Counted from the stretch's first letter, positions 27,405 to 37,997 are shown. The stretch: 64,000 bases of DNA from Patescibacteria group bacterium (GCA_028714495.1 JAQTMH010000002.1:7219-71218); one strand, 5' to 3'. Notes: generated by a model from the letters alone, not told the origin. Program-made: numbers and translations.

Positions 27405-28462
27405 TAATTTAAATATTTGGCTTTGTTTAGTTTATGCTCCTCAAAGGTCTTACTGAAAATAGTCTGGCCGTCCGGGGCGTTGAGATAATATACATAATCA
27501 TTCGGCTCCGGGTTCACGGCCGCGTTGATGCTGTCCAGCGAGGGATTGCAGATCGGTCCAGGAGGCAATCCCTTGTAGAGATAGGTGTTGTAGGGGGAAT
27601 CTACCTTGGTATCGTCAATTGAAGGTTGCAGCTCGCTTTTACCCGTGACATAATTCACTGTGGCGTCGGATTGAAGCGGCATGCCGTTTTGAATCCGCCG
27701 CCAGAAAATGTCAGCCACCATCTTTCGGTCTTGGTCAGTGCGGGCTTCTTTTTCCACAATGGAGGCCATAGTTACGATTTCAAAAATCGTGTGCCCGCCG
27801 GCTGATATTTTTTGGCGTATTTCGCTATCCAGCTTTTGATCGAAATTATCCAGCATTTTTTGGATAATTTGGGCCGGTGTCGCGTCCTTATAAACACGGT
27901 AGGTATCGGGGAAAAGATAGCCTTCGAGTCCGGCGGTTTTTGGTTTATCCACCAAAAAGCCAAAAGTATCGCCGGGAATTATATTTCGTGAATCAGTCGT
28001 ATCGGCAGCCTGAATAAATTCCTGCGCTAGAGTGGCCTCGTCTTTATTTCTATCCGAGGAAAATTTTTCTCCGTAATAGCTGGCAATTTTCTCTAAAGAC
28101 CAGCCCTCGAGTACTTGGAATTCAGTCTCCCTCGAAAGCGCCTGTCCGGCTGTAATGATATCCAAAATCGTGGCCATCTTCTGGCTGGTGTTCAATTGAT
28201 AGGTGCCGGCCTGGATTTTCGCAGTTACACCCTCGAGCCAGACATACCATTCAAAAGCCGAAGCACTTCGAATTACGCCGGCTTTTTCCAGATTCGCGCC
28301 TATTTCCTTCACACCCTGGCCGGACGTTATTTCAAAATTTACTTCTTTTGCCTTAGACGCGGAATCTGGCGGGTTCAATAGCGTGGTGAAATACCAGAAA
28401 CCCAAACCCGCGAATAACAGTCCTACCACCAGAAAAATTATTATTATGTTTAGAATTTTCAT
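27404..28462 (-). CDS. mltG: Endolytic transglycosylase MltG
   Basis: LEGYLFPDTY, ASIVEKE, LQSDATV, SPYNTY..GLPPGPI. Confidence 0.96.
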   Translation of the reverse strand: MKILNIIIIFLVVGLLFAGLGFWYFTTLLNPPDSASKAKEVNFEITSGQGVKEIGANLEKAGVIRSASAFEWYVWLEGVTAKIQAGTYQLNTSQKMATILDIITAGQALSRETEFQVLEGWSLEKIASYYGEKFSSDRNKDEATLAQEFIQAADTTDSRNIIPGDTFGFLVDKPKTAGLEGYLFPDTYRVYKDATPAQIIQKMLDNFDQKLDSEIRQKISAGGHTIFEIVTMASIVEKEARTDQDRKMVADIFWRRIQNGMPLQSDATVNYVTGKSELQPSIDDTKVDSPYNTYLYKGLPPGPICNPSLDSINAAVNPEPNDYVYYLNAPDGQTIFSKTFEEHKLNKAKYLN

Positions 28463-28465
28463 GGA

Positions 28466-29551
28466 TTAGAGCCAGCGTTCAAACTTATGTTCTTTGAGCC
28501 GCTCAACCAGTGTTTTCACGTCGCCCGATTTGTCCTTTGAGCAAACCAACAGGGCGTCGCCAGTATCAACAATAATCACGTTCTTCACCCCGACTACGCC
28601 AGTCAACTTGCCCTTGGCGCTGTAAATCAGCGAGTCCTCGACTCCCACCGTAACCACCCGGCCCCGGGTGACATTGTGCTTTCCTGGAATTTGCAAATCC
28701 TTAATCAAATACCATTTTCCAGTATCGCTCCAGCCGAAATCTCCGGCGGCCACAGCTATGTTTTTGGCTTTTTTCGCCACGGCTTCTTCAATGCTCTGAC
28801 TAGGCATCTGCTTGAAGTGGGCTTCCAGCTCTTTATGAAAACTGGCTGATCCATAAGCTTGCTGGATTTTTCTGGCTAGTTCAAAAACTTTCGGCTCATG
28901 CTTTTCAAAAAGCGATAAGACCGTCGAAGCCTTCCAGACATATATTCCGGTATGAGCGAAAACCCTTGGGTTCTTGTGCAGCCGGGTCAGGGCTCCGCCG
29001 CTCGGCTTCTCAATCCAGCGGAGAGAGCGATTAAAGGCTTGGCTGCCGTATCGGGTGATCTGGCGGCCAATTTCGACATAGCTTAGACCCGGATCCGGTT
29101 GAGCCACGCTCGAGGCAATCGCCACAATCCACAAGGGATGATGCTTCAAAAAATGTTCGCTTTCCCGCAGGGCCTTGCGAAATCCGCCCGCCTCCTTAAA
29201 AACGTCATCCACGGTCAGGCTGGCGATCACCGGATCGTCTTTGCCTTGGCTGGCTGCTTCAATGATTACCGTTTCCAGGGCAATCGCCGGGCCGGTATTG
29301 CGACCGCAAGGCTCGGCGATTATATTCTTGGCAGGCAATCGCGGCACCATGCGACGAACCAGGGCCACAAAAGGCTGGGACACTGAGATATACAAATCAC
29401 TCCAATGCCTAAGCAGAGGCTTTAATTCTTCCACCTTTTCCTCCAGCAACGAACGCTGTCCGAGAAGAGGAAGAAAGTGCTTGGGTTTTTTCTGTCGCGA
29501 GACCGGCCAGAGTCGCGTACCACTGCCGCCGGCGCGAATGACAATTTTCAT
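28466..29551 (-). CDS. Mannose-1-phosphate guanylyltransferase
   Basis: AGGSGTRLWPVSR..KPK, EP.GRNTGPAI, EKP, GWSD.G.W. Confidence 0.88.
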   Translation of the reverse strand: MKIVIRAGGSGTRLWPVSRQKKPKHFLPLLGQRSLLEEKVEELKPLLRHWSDLYISVSQPFVALVRRMVPRLPAKNIIAEPCGRNTGPAIALETVIIEAASQGKDDPVIASLTVDDVFKEAGGFRKALRESEHFLKHHPLWIVAIASSVAQPDPGLSYVEIGRQITRYGSQAFNRSLRWIEKPSGGALTRLHKNPRVFAHTGIYVWKASTVLSLFEKHEPKVFELARKIQQAYGSASFHKELEAHFKQMPSQSIEEAVAKKAKNIAVAAGDFGWSDTGKWYLIKDLQIPGKHNVTRGRVVTVGVEDSLIYSAKGKLTGVVGVKNVIIVDTGDALLVCSKDKSGDVKTLVERLKEHKFERWL

Positions 29552-29636
29552 ATTATCTAAGATATTTAACTTAAACAAATAGGTGATATCCACCCATATT
29601 CAGTTTATCAAATTTTTGAAGTTTTGTCCCAAAGGT

Positions 29637-30278
29637 CTACTCTTTTGACTCAACCAGCGGTACAAAAACAAACCCGGGGAAGCGTTTTTCCGTAATCGTA
29701 CCATCCGGCGATTTGCTTATTTGCACCATATCCTGAAGACCGACCCCGACTGGGATTACCATCTTGCCACTTTTAGCCAATTGATCAATTAAAAATTGAG
29801 GAATGCTCTTGGCCGCGGCCGCCACGTGGATTTTATCATAAGGCGCTTCAGCGGGATAACCCCTTGCGCCATCACCATGAATAAACTTTAGGTTGTGAAA
29901 AATATACTTTCGGGCATTGGCCTCGCCGAACTTTTTAAGCTTCAAAATTCTTTCCAATGCGATCACCCGACCAGCTGAACCGGCCAACTTCGCTAAAAGG
30001 CAGGCTACCCAGCCAGAGCCTGAGCCTACGTCCAGCACCCTATCCCCTGTCCGAACCTGCAACAGCTCCAGCATAAAAGCCACGGTCAGCGGCTGGGAAA
30101 TTGTCTGACCTTCGTCAATCGGCAATGGCGCGTTGATTTCCGACTCCGCCTCAAGCTCCTCTTGGCTGCGCTCGCCTGGCAATAAAAAATCCGTCCGGTT
30201 AACCTGACGAAAAGCCTGAATAATCGCTGGCGTTTTCAGATAGCCTTCTGATATCAAATTGTCAATGAGTTTTTTCAT
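29637..30278 (-). CDS. pcm: Protein-L-isoaspartate O-methyltransferase
   Basis: GQTISQP, VLDVGSGSGW, APYDKIHVAAA, FVPLV. Confidence 0.95.
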   Translation of the reverse strand: MKKLIDNLISEGYLKTPAIIQAFRQVNRTDFLLPGERSQEELEAESEINAPLPIDEGQTISQPLTVAFMLELLQVRTGDRVLDVGSGSGWVACLLAKLAGSAGRVIALERILKLKKFGEANARKYIFHNLKFIHGDGARGYPAEAPYDKIHVAAAAKSIPQFLIDQLAKSGKMVIPVGVGLQDMVQISKSPDGTITEKRFPGFVFVPLVESKE

Positions 30279-30340
30279 GGGGTTGATTTTTTCGTGAAAA
30301 TATGATATACTTATTACAGTAAAACAAAAATCAAAAACAA

Positions 30341-31162
30341 ATGGTAACAATGGTCAAACGTCATATTGGATTTGGAGTAAAATCTATCCTGGTTGGGGTA
30401 GGCGCTTTGAGCCTGCTTTTTTATTTCCCCAACCTGGCCTCGGCTGAAGTGATCCACCCCGTCCTCGACGTCGTCTATCTGACCAACCAGGAACGCGCAA
30501 AAAACAATTTAGCGCCCCTGGCCTTAAACGCGCGACTTACCGCTGCCGCCCACCAAAAAGCCCGCGACATGCTGGCCCAGGGCTATTTCGATCACACCAG
30601 TCCGGACGGCCGAGAACCTTGGGATTTCATATCGGCCGCTGACTATCCCTATACCTTCGCCGGAGAAAACCTGGCCATCAATTTTATAAATCCCCTAACC
30701 ACATTCCAAGCCTGGATGAACAGCCCTTCACATCGCGATAACATTCTTTTTCCCCAGTACCAAGAAATCGGAGTAGCCACGCACAGCGCTGAGTTTAAAG
30801 GAAAAATGACTACCGTAACGGTTCAGCTCTTTGGCAGCCGCGAAGACTTCACTCCCTATGCTTCCTATCTCGGCGACAGCCAGTCTATGCCTCAAAAAAC
30901 CGAAGCCTTCATGGATGCTTCAACTACAGATAATAAGGGTCTAACCGGCTATGTCGCTTCTTCGATTTCAATCAATCGCAACCGGTCGAATAGCCAAGTC
31001 AGCCAGCCTTCTCCCCTCTTCCTCTGGGTAATGCTTGGAGTTTACCTCGTTTTGGTGGTCGGATTGCTCTGCTTCTTTACTCAAAAGCGGCTTTTTTACA
31101 GTTTTGTTAAAAGAACGGCTGTTTTTTTCTGGAGTATCGCGATTTTTATCCTGTTAATTTAA
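30341..31162 (+). CDS. CAP (SCP) domain membrane-anchored protein
   Basis: TNQER, KARDM...YFDHTSPDG, AGENLA, WMNSPSHRDNIL. Confidence 0.92.
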   Translation: MVTMVKRHIGFGVKSILVGVGALSLLFYFPNLASAEVIHPVLDVVYLTNQERAKNNLAPLALNARLTAAAHQKARDMLAQGYFDHTSPDGREPWDFISAADYPYTFAGENLAINFINPLTTFQAWMNSPSHRDNILFPQYQEIGVATHSAEFKGKMTTVTVQLFGSREDFTPYASYLGDSQSMPQKTEAFMDASTTDNKGLTGYVASSISINRNRSNSQVSQPSPLFLWVMLGVYLVLVVGLLCFFTQKRLFYSFVKRTAVFFWSIAIFILLI

Positions 31163-31978
31163 GACCTGGGTTAAAAGCAATACTACCAAGACTAGACCCA
31201 GAATTAGGCGGTAATAAGCAAAAGGGGCCAGCGAACGGCTCTTTAAATAGCGCAGGAAATATTTAACGCAGAAATAACCACTCGAAAGGCTGGCCAAAAA
31301 ACCTACCAGGTATATTAACCAATCCTGGGTTAGAGCGCCTCCTTGCCATAAATCGATGGTTTTTTTTAATCCCGCGCCGCCAATTACCGGAATTGACAGA
31401 AGAAAAGCGAACCGGGCGGCTGCCTCTCTCTTCAACCCCACGAATAAACCTGTTATAATGGTAATGCCTGAACGCGACACTCCGGGAATCAAGGCCAGCG
31501 ACTGGCTTAGGCCGATAGTCAAAGCTTTTCCGGCATTCACTGATTCAATCGGTTTGTCCTTCCGGCTTAATCGCTCTGCCAAAAAAATAAGTCCCGCCCC
31601 AGCCGCTAACGCGACCACCACCACCCAGAGCGAGCGTAGTTGATTCTCAATCTCACTTTCAAAGAAATAGCCGATGATAGTTGCCGGTATTGTGCCAATA
31701 ATTATCAGCCAGGACAGACGCTGATCTAGATCATTTTGCCAATTCCAATGTTTAAAGCTCCTGAAAAATCCCTTGAGATATTTCACAATATCAGCATAGA
31801 AAAAGAAAAAGAGGGCAAAAAACGTACCCGCGTGCAAAATAACATCAAAACCCAAATCCGAGGCTAAATCCATTGGCCAAACCTCGTGAAAAATAACCAG
31901 ATGACCGGTGCTTGAAACCGGTAAAAACTCCGTTAAGCCCTGGATGATCCCAAAAATTATTGAATAAATTACCAGCAT
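31154..31978 (-). CDS. uppP: Undecaprenyl-diphosphatase
   Basis: QGLTEFLPVSSTGH, PGVSRSGITI. Confidence 0.97.
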   Translation of the reverse strand: MLVIYSIIFGIIQGLTEFLPVSSTGHLVIFHEVWPMDLASDLGFDVILHAGTFFALFFFFYADIVKYLKGFFRSFKHWNWQNDLDQRLSWLIIIGTIPATIIGYFFESEIENQLRSLWVVVVALAAGAGLIFLAERLSRKDKPIESVNAGKALTIGLSQSLALIPGVSRSGITIITGLFVGLKREAAARFAFLLSIPVIGGAGLKKTIDLWQGGALTQDWLIYLVGFLASLSSGYFCVKYFLRYLKSRSLAPFAYYRLILGLVLVVLLLTQVLN

Positions 31979-31985
31979 ACTTTAA

Positions 31986-32423
31986 ATGGAACTTCCTAAA
32001 ATATTAATCGCTTCTTTAAGCGCCGGAATCCTCACTCAGCTTTTTAAATTTTTCCGTGAAGTTTTTTATGGCCGCGTTCAGTGGTCGCTGCTAAACAGCT
32101 ACGGGGGCATGCCGTCCGCCCACACCGCCTTTGTCTCCGCCTTGACTGCCTCGGTTTGCTTTAGTGAAGGCATTGATTCTCCGGCTTTTGCGATTTCCTT
32201 CATTCTTTCCGCCATCATCGCCCGCGACGCCATAGGCTTCCGGCGTTATTTAGGAACGCACGGGCGAGTAATCAACATGCTGATGCGCGAATTGCCCGAC
32301 GGCGAAGCGCTGAAATATCCGCCTCAGCTCCGCGAACGCGTCGGCCATACACCGCTCGAAGCCTTGGTTGGTATGATCATCGGTATCAGTATTGCCACTA
32401 TCTTCTACCTCTTAATTTATTAA
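31986..32423 (+). CDS. Divergent PAP2 family protein (DUF212)
   Basis: GGMPSAH, DA.G.R...G.H, GHTPLE. Confidence 0.92.
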   Translation: MELPKILIASLSAGILTQLFKFFREVFYGRVQWSLLNSYGGMPSAHTAFVSALTASVCFSEGIDSPAFAISFILSAIIARDAIGFRRYLGTHGRVINMLMRELPDGEALKYPPQLRERVGHTPLEALVGMIIGISIATIFYLLIY

Positions 32424-32428
32424 GACTC

Positions 32429-33301
32429 TCATTTCTGGCAATTCGGGCAAAAATGGCTAGACCGGCTACCCAGCCGGATCTTTTTTATTTTAGCTTTTCT
32501 GCAACGAAGACACAACTTTCCTGACCGGCCATAAACCATAAGATGTTTTAACATTCCGCCCGGCTGGCCCAAGCCACCTCGATAATTCCTTATGGTCGTG
32601 CCGCGCTGGCTGATGGCTTTTTTTAATACCCGGCGGCTATTCTTGACAATCAGTTGCAATTCAGAGTTCTTTAATGTCTTGACTCGTCGCATCGGTTTAA
32701 TCTTTGATTGGAAAAGCGCCTCGTCAGTATAAATATTCCCCAAACCGGCAACGATTGACTGGTCAAGCAAAGCGGCTTTAATCGTCGACTTCTTTTTACT
32801 CCTGAGCGCCTGGCTTAGGTATTCAAAGGTAAATGATTTGGCAAACGGCTCAATGCCTAGTTTTTTCTCCTGAAAAAATTTCTCCAGATTATCTGTCGGC
32901 CAAAGCAGCAAATAGCCAAACTGACGCAAATCATTGAAATAAAGATAATTCGAACCCCTTAGCTTAAAAATCACGTGGGTGTATTTATTCGGCAAATTCT
33001 TATCGCCATTGGCTATGTCATGACCGCCTTTTTGTTTATACCCGTTTTTCGATACATAAATCAGCTGGCCGGTCATTTTTAAATGAATCACTAAAGTTTG
33101 GCCATTGGCTAGCTTGATTAGGATCATTTTCCCACGACGTTCAACCGCCACGATCTTTTTACCTCTGACCAACCTTTGAAATCGTCTGAGTGACATCTTC
33201 ACCATTTTTGGCAACCGAACATCCACTCTGGAAATCACCTTACCTTTTAAATAGGGTCTCAAATCGCGAACTACTGTTTCGACTTCTGGAAGCTCGGGCA
33301 T
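32429..33301 (-). CDS. mutM: Formamidopyrimidine-DNA glycosylase
   Basis: MPELPEVETV, HLKMTG, GLGNIYTDE, C-terminal Zn finger. Confidence 0.97.
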   Translation of the reverse strand: MPELPEVETVVRDLRPYLKGKVISRVDVRLPKMVKMSLRRFQRLVRGKKIVAVERRGKMILIKLANGQTLVIHLKMTGQLIYVSKNGYKQKGGHDIANGDKNLPNKYTHVIFKLRGSNYLYFNDLRQFGYLLLWPTDNLEKFFQEKKLGIEPFAKSFTFEYLSQALRSKKKSTIKAALLDQSIVAGLGNIYTDEALFQSKIKPMRRVKTLKNSELQLIVKNSRRVLKKAISQRGTTIRNYRGGLGQPGGMLKHLMVYGRSGKLCLRCRKAKIKKIRLGSRSSHFCPNCQK

Positions 33302-33307
33302 GATAAT

Positions 33308-33934
33308 TTATATCTTTAATTGTTTCCTGGCTTCGCCATAAACAGTTCGAGCCGGGTCTTTCAGGCTATCGTGAAGAAGGGGCCTGGCTTTGTCTCTAAA
33401 ATCAGGATTAACTTTGCAAAAATCCCCCATAATTTTTATGGCTCGACAGCGTACCGTGGGTTCTCGATCGCGTAAGCCAATGGTGATGGCATGAAAAGAC
33501 AGATCTCGAAACGAGGCGTCTGACTGACCCAGATTACTTATTCCGGTAATTGCCGCTTCCCGGACAACCGGGCTTTGGCTCGTTAAAAGCTCAGTCAGCT
33601 GTTCTATCGTTTCATGTTTTTCAGCCTCGTTAATCCCGGGAATGACGCCTCCTAAAAATTTTCGCGTCTGCCGGTAACTCGTAAAAACATAATCAAAAAG
33701 TTTCAGAGCCAGCCGCCGGCTAAAACCGTAAAGTAGCCTGGGATTAAGCTTGGCTGCGGTGGTAATTGCGTAAATCGCCCTTTGCCTGATTATTTCCCGC
33801 CGATCCTGAAGCAGTTCCAAAACCACCCTTAAAACCTGCTGGCTTTTTAAAATCCACTGGGCGACTTCGTTTGCGCCGCTGTTTCCCTTTTTCTGCCTGG
33901 CTAATTTTTTTACTATCTTATCTTGAAGCTTCAT
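33308..33934 (-). CDS. HEAT-repeat protein
   Basis: LLQD...IRQRA, VVREAA, LRD.EPTVR repeats. Confidence 0.75.
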   Translation of the reverse strand: MKLQDKIVKKLARQKKGNSGANEVAQWILKSQQVLRVVLELLQDRREIIRQRAIYAITTAAKLNPRLLYGFSRRLALKLFDYVFTSYRQTRKFLGGVIPGINEAEKHETIEQLTELLTSQSPVVREAAITGISNLGQSDASFRDLSFHAITIGLRDREPTVRCRAIKIMGDFCKVNPDFRDKARPLLHDSLKDPARTVYGEARKQLKI

Positions 33935-34257
33935 GCTTGGCCAAAAACGTACAGGCTGACAAAAAATAAGCAGAAGATTACTAAAATTGTCGCCAGTGTT
34001 ATAACCGACATCAATACTGCCTCGCGAAATTGTTTTTTAGTAACCAGGTAAACCGGATAGCCGAAGACGATCAGGCCCGAGAGGCCGGCGCTGAAGACGA
34101 ATAAAGTAATCATGACTGCGAATGACAGTATCGGCGTGCCGTCTGAATCAAAAAGATTATTAGCGCTCATGATAAACAAGCCCACCAAAAGAATATAAAG
34201 TCCCTGAGTTACGCCGGCCAAAATTCCTAATTTAAAAATTCTGTTTTCAATTTTCAT
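33931..34257 (-). CDS. Small membrane protein (3 TM)
   Basis: Hydrophobic; LFVFSA...G.IVFGYP. Confidence 0.75.
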   Translation of the reverse strand: MKIENRIFKLGILAGVTQGLYILLVGLFIMSANNLFDSDGTPILSFAVMITLFVFSAGLSGLIVFGYPVYLVTKKQFREAVLMSVITLATILVIFCLFFVSLYVFGQA

Positions 34258-34267
34258 ATTTTATTGT

Positions 34268-34600
34268 TTATTCAGATTTAAAACTATCGCCTGGCTCAAT
34301 CTCAACCCACAGGCTGGAATCTTCATCATACTTGTAAGCCTTGAGCGCGTGAACCATCTCTTCGCTTGAATACTCTTTCTGGATTGTCTTGCTTGAGCCA
34401 ATCCGGCGCGAACCAATCGCCCGTTCGCCTAAAACTACCGGCCTGGAAATTCTCTCCAGTTTCATCTTGCCCAAGGGCCCTTTAAAAATTATAATCTCGA
34501 CATTTCCTGGCTCATCCAGCAGATCTTCATTCTTTTCTTCCAAAACCTCAAACGAGTCTTTTATCTGGCCTTTGGTTTCCTGCCATTTTTCGTCGGTCAT
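34268..34600 (-). CDS. Hypothetical protein
   Basis: 110 aa, co-oriented with the operon. Confidence 0.75.
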   Translation of the reverse strand: MTDEKWQETKGQIKDSFEVLEEKNEDLLDEPGNVEIIIFKGPLGKMKLERISRPVVLGERAIGSRRIGSSKTIQKEYSSEEMVHALKAYKYDEDSSLWVEIEPGDSFKSE

Positions 34601-34666
34601 AGTATTACAATAATAACAAAAAGGACTTAAAATGTAAATTCTGCGTGTTTTGGTTTATTGAGCCGA

Positions 34667-34688
34667 ACACCTTTTAGTTAAAAGGTGT
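34667..34688. repeat. 20-bp palindrome, copy 3 (overlaps the ArsR stop)
   Basis: ACACCTTTTAGTTAAAAGGTGT. Confidence 0.85.
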
Positions 34689-34953
34689 CTTGATTTATAT
34701 GATCATTTACAGCAAAACTCTTTGAGATGTGAAAATTAACTTTTTGCCCATCGCGTTTTCCCTCAATGATGTGGCAGCGTAAAAGCAAATGTAGATGCTT
34801 CGACACCGCCGATGGCCTGATACCAAGTTTTTCCACCAACTCTTTTCCGGTATGGCCTCGCTGAGAGAGCAAATGCAGGACCCAAAGACGCCGTTCATTC
34901 CCAAGTGCGCGATAAAACAAGGCTGTTTTTCGCAATTGTGGATGTGTGTGCAT
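34678..34953 (-). CDS. ArsR/SmtB family transcriptional regulator
   Basis: ALGNERRL..L.LL...EL...LGI..SAVSKHL..L...R.G. Confidence 0.88.
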   Translation of the reverse strand: MHTHPQLRKTALFYRALGNERRLWVLHLLSQRGHTGKELVEKLGIRPSAVSKHLHLLLRCHIIEGKRDGQKVNFHISKSFAVNDHINQDTF

Positions 34954-35036
34954 AAATAAACAAAAAACGGGTTAGATTCCCGTCAACATCAATGATAGCA
35001 TGACGTGATTTTATGTCAAATGTAAATCATATAATT

Positions 35037-35056
35037 CACCTTTTAGTTAAAAGGTG
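35037..35056. repeat. 20-bp palindrome, copy 4 (upstream of ArsR)
   Basis: CACCTTTTAGTTAAAAGGTG. Confidence 0.85.
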
Positions 35057-35080
35057 TTATTGCTAATATTGCTAATTATA

Positions 35081-35968
35081 TCAAGTAATTAAAAATATCC
35101 CGCCGATAATAAATATAATCGCCACAATCTTCTGGAAAGCGATTTTTCTATTGATTTCCTCGTTAATCAAACCAGGTTTTAGCTTCGCCAGTAAAAGCGT
35201 CCAGAGAAAAACGAAAAGATACTGGATCGTGGACGCGGCTGAAACTAAAGAAATATACCAAAAAGACATGGCGGTAATATAGGCGAAATTTGCCAGGCCC
35301 GAATTGCCTTCAGAAACTATCATCAGCCAGAAACCCCGCCGATCACTCTCGTGTCTTAAAATGATATATTCTTTTATGCTCCGATAGAAAACCACTAAAC
35401 CGAGTAAACCAGCCATCAGATATATCCAGCCGAAAACCGACCAGTAGTTGTAATAATTCGATAGATATTTCTCGATAATCGCCGTACCAGCCGCTCCTGT
35501 AGCTGAGACGATCATCAGGCCCAGTACGCGACTCTTGAAAATCTGCTTCAAATTTCCCCTTGATAAAATTAATATCGAACCGACAAGGATAATTATTATC
35601 CCCAGATATATCTTAAGTGAAAATATTTCGTTTAAAAATATTCCGCTGAATATTAGAATAAGTACCGGAGTCAGGGCGAAAAGCGGAGCGACCCGCGATA
35701 TTTCCTCGAGTTGGGCTGATCTAAAATAAACGTAGCCCATGATAATCCATAATATCGCGGCAATAACGATTAATAATAAATGTCCAATCTTTGGGATCTG
35801 GCCATCATAAATTAAAGCCACACCGCCCATTAATAATGATACCAGGCTTAGCGGCAAGTAAATCTGGCTGACTTTTCTTATATATTTCGTAACGACTGTC
35901 TTATCAAGTAAATTCGTAACCGACCAAAGGAAACCGGCGGCAATAGCGAATATTATTCCTAAATTCAT
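35081..35968 (-). CDS. EamA/DMT family transporter
   Basis: About 10 TM in two repeats; EISRVAPL...FLNE. Confidence 0.88.
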   Translation of the reverse strand: MNLGIIFAIAAGFLWSVTNLLDKTVVTKYIRKVSQIYLPLSLVSLLMGGVALIYDGQIPKIGHLLLIVIAAILWIIMGYVYFRSAQLEEISRVAPLFALTPVLILIFSGIFLNEIFSLKIYLGIIIILVGSILILSRGNLKQIFKSRVLGLMIVSATGAAGTAIIEKYLSNYYNYWSVFGWIYLMAGLLGLVVFYRSIKEYIILRHESDRRGFWLMIVSEGNSGLANFAYITAMSFWYISLVSAASTIQYLFVFLWTLLLAKLKPGLINEEINRKIAFQKIVAIIFIIGGIFLIT

Positions 35969-36162
35969 TTGGTTAAATTAATAAATATTCCCAGCTTATA
36001 ATATTTATAAGTTCATTATCAGTCGTTGTGCCGTGAACGAAATAGGTTATTTTAATGCTCATAATAGTGTTTTTCTCGTAGCCAGGGTCTTTAGACCCGC
36101 AGCCACACGGAATAATAAATGGTTCTATGTGCAGGCGAACAAGCGCTTGTTCGCCTACGGGG

Positions 36163-37431
36163 TTATTTTTTATTATAATACTTCCTCCCCTTCAACTCCT
36201 CCGGCAAATACTCCTGCTTGCCTTCTTCTGGTGTATAATCGTGCGAATACTTGTAATCCTGGCCATAGCCGATATCCTTCATCAAATCAGTCACGGCATT
36301 GCGCAGATGAAGCGGAACTGAGGTGTTTAAAGTTTTTTTCACGTCTGCCTTGGCTTCCATCAATGCCTTGTAGGAAGCATTTGATTTGGGGGCGAGCGCG
36401 AGATAAATAACGGCTTGAGCCAAATTAAGCTGGGCTTCTGGAAAACCTACGTATTCAACAGCGTGAGCGGCGGCATTGGCTACCAATAGTGCCATCGGAT
36501 CAGCATTGCCAATATCCTCGGAGGCGAGTATCACCATGCGCCGGGCGATAAACCGCGGGTCCTCCCCTGCCTCAATCATCCGGGCCAGCCAATAAATCGC
36601 GCCGTCCGGGTTTGAGCCACGCATCGACTTGATAAAAGCCGAGATGACATTGTAATGCTCTTCCCCTCCTTTATCATAGAGCAGGGATTTGTGCTGAAGC
36701 GCGTCTTCGATTGTCTGCTTCTGGATATGGCGAAACCCCTGCTTGTCAGACCGGGTGCTTTTAACGGCGATTTCGATCGCGTTCAGGGCGGTCCTGGCGT
36801 CGCCGTTTGAACCCTTGATTATCAAATCAAGCGCGGTTTTGCCGATTTTGACCTTGTATTTTCCCAAGCCGACTTTTTTATCTTGCAGGGCTTTTTTCAA
36901 AATCCGGCCGATATGCTCCGGATCCAGCCGCTTCAATACATAGACTCGGCTGCGCGACAATAAAGGCGAGATTACTTCAAATGAAGGATTTTCCGTGGTC
37001 GCGCCAATCAGCACAATCGTGCCATTTTCCACATACGGCAAAAAAGAATCCTGCTGGGCTTTGTTCCAGCGGTGGATTTCATCAACAAATAGAATCGTCC
37101 GCTGGCTCTGGTATTTTCTCAAATCCTGAGCCTCTTTTACCACCTTGCGTAATTCGGCAACCCCGGCGGCAACAGCGGAAATCTGGACGAATTTTGATTT
37201 TGTCAGCCGGGCGATTATTCTGGCCAGGGTGGTTTTCCCTGAACCTGGCGGCCCCCAGAGAATCATCGAAAAAAGCTCGTCGTTCTCAATCGCCTGGCGC
37301 AGTACTTTCCCCTGGCCTACAATCTCATCCTGCCCCAAAAAGCCCTCTAATTCTAGCGGCCTGATCCGGTCAGCCAGCGGCGCCTCGCGGGCCATTTCTT
37401 TCTCCATTTTTTGGTCAAATAAATCGGACAT
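36163..37431 (-). CDS. rarA: Replication-associated recombination protein A
   Basis: PLADRIRP, WGPPGSGKTT, DEIHR, GATTENPSF, ISAFIKSMRGS. Confidence 0.97.
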   Translation of the reverse strand: MSDLFDQKMEKEMAREAPLADRIRPLELEGFLGQDEIVGQGKVLRQAIENDELFSMILWGPPGSGKTTLARIIARLTKSKFVQISAVAAGVAELRKVVKEAQDLRKYQSQRTILFVDEIHRWNKAQQDSFLPYVENGTIVLIGATTENPSFEVISPLLSRSRVYVLKRLDPEHIGRILKKALQDKKVGLGKYKVKIGKTALDLIIKGSNGDARTALNAIEIAVKSTRSDKQGFRHIQKQTIEDALQHKSLLYDKGGEEHYNVISAFIKSMRGSNPDGAIYWLARMIEAGEDPRFIARRMVILASEDIGNADPMALLVANAAAHAVEYVGFPEAQLNLAQAVIYLALAPKSNASYKALMEAKADVKKTLNTSVPLHLRNAVTDLMKDIGYGQDYKYSHDYTPEEGKQEYLPEELKGRKYYNKK

Positions 37432-37595
37432 ATAACAATAATAACATATACCTGTTTCGCGGGCGAATAAGACCTGTCCCGTCGTAGCATGGTATCTTGT
37501 CCACCTACGTAATTTGCTAATTCATTCAGACTGGTGACTTTCTGTAAATAAAAAAGTCCCACTTTTGGGACTTGCGCACATTTCCTCTGAAGGTG

Positions 37596-37997
37596 CTAGG
37601 CGTGTCTCTCGGCGAACCGACCACGGCCATATCCGGGAAACCGCCGGAAAACCCTTGGCTTGAATGGACAAACAACTGTCACCGATGGGAGCATCGAACA
37701 CGCACCGTCATGAATCACCGGATAGGTAGCACTGATCAGAACGTCATCACCAGGCGAATCGCCAAGTACAATCACCGCCGCCTCGTCAGCAATGGGCTGA
37801 CCGAGTTCCATCTTACGCCATCGCTCCGGATTCACGCCGGCGGGCGGTTCCGGAGTCGGATCCAGGATATCCGGCTCGCCGCTTCCCTCCCTGACCATCA
37901 CCGCCAAAACACTGCTCCGGTCCACATCCGCGATGCACACCATGCCAAGCAAACTCTTTACTTCAGGTAACCGCTCTAATCCCGTAGAAGCCACCAC
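37596..37997 (-). CDS. Orphan hypothetical protein
   Basis: GTG after SD AAAGGAGG; promoter TTGACG-16-TATAAT; hairpin at about 37553-37573. Confidence 0.55.
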   Translation of the reverse strand: MVASTGLERLPEVKSLLGMVCIADVDRSSVLAVMVREGSGEPDILDPTPEPPAGVNPERWRKMELGQPIADEAAVIVLGDSPGDDVLISATYPVIHDGACSMLPSVTVVCPFKPRVFRRFPGYGRGRFAERHA

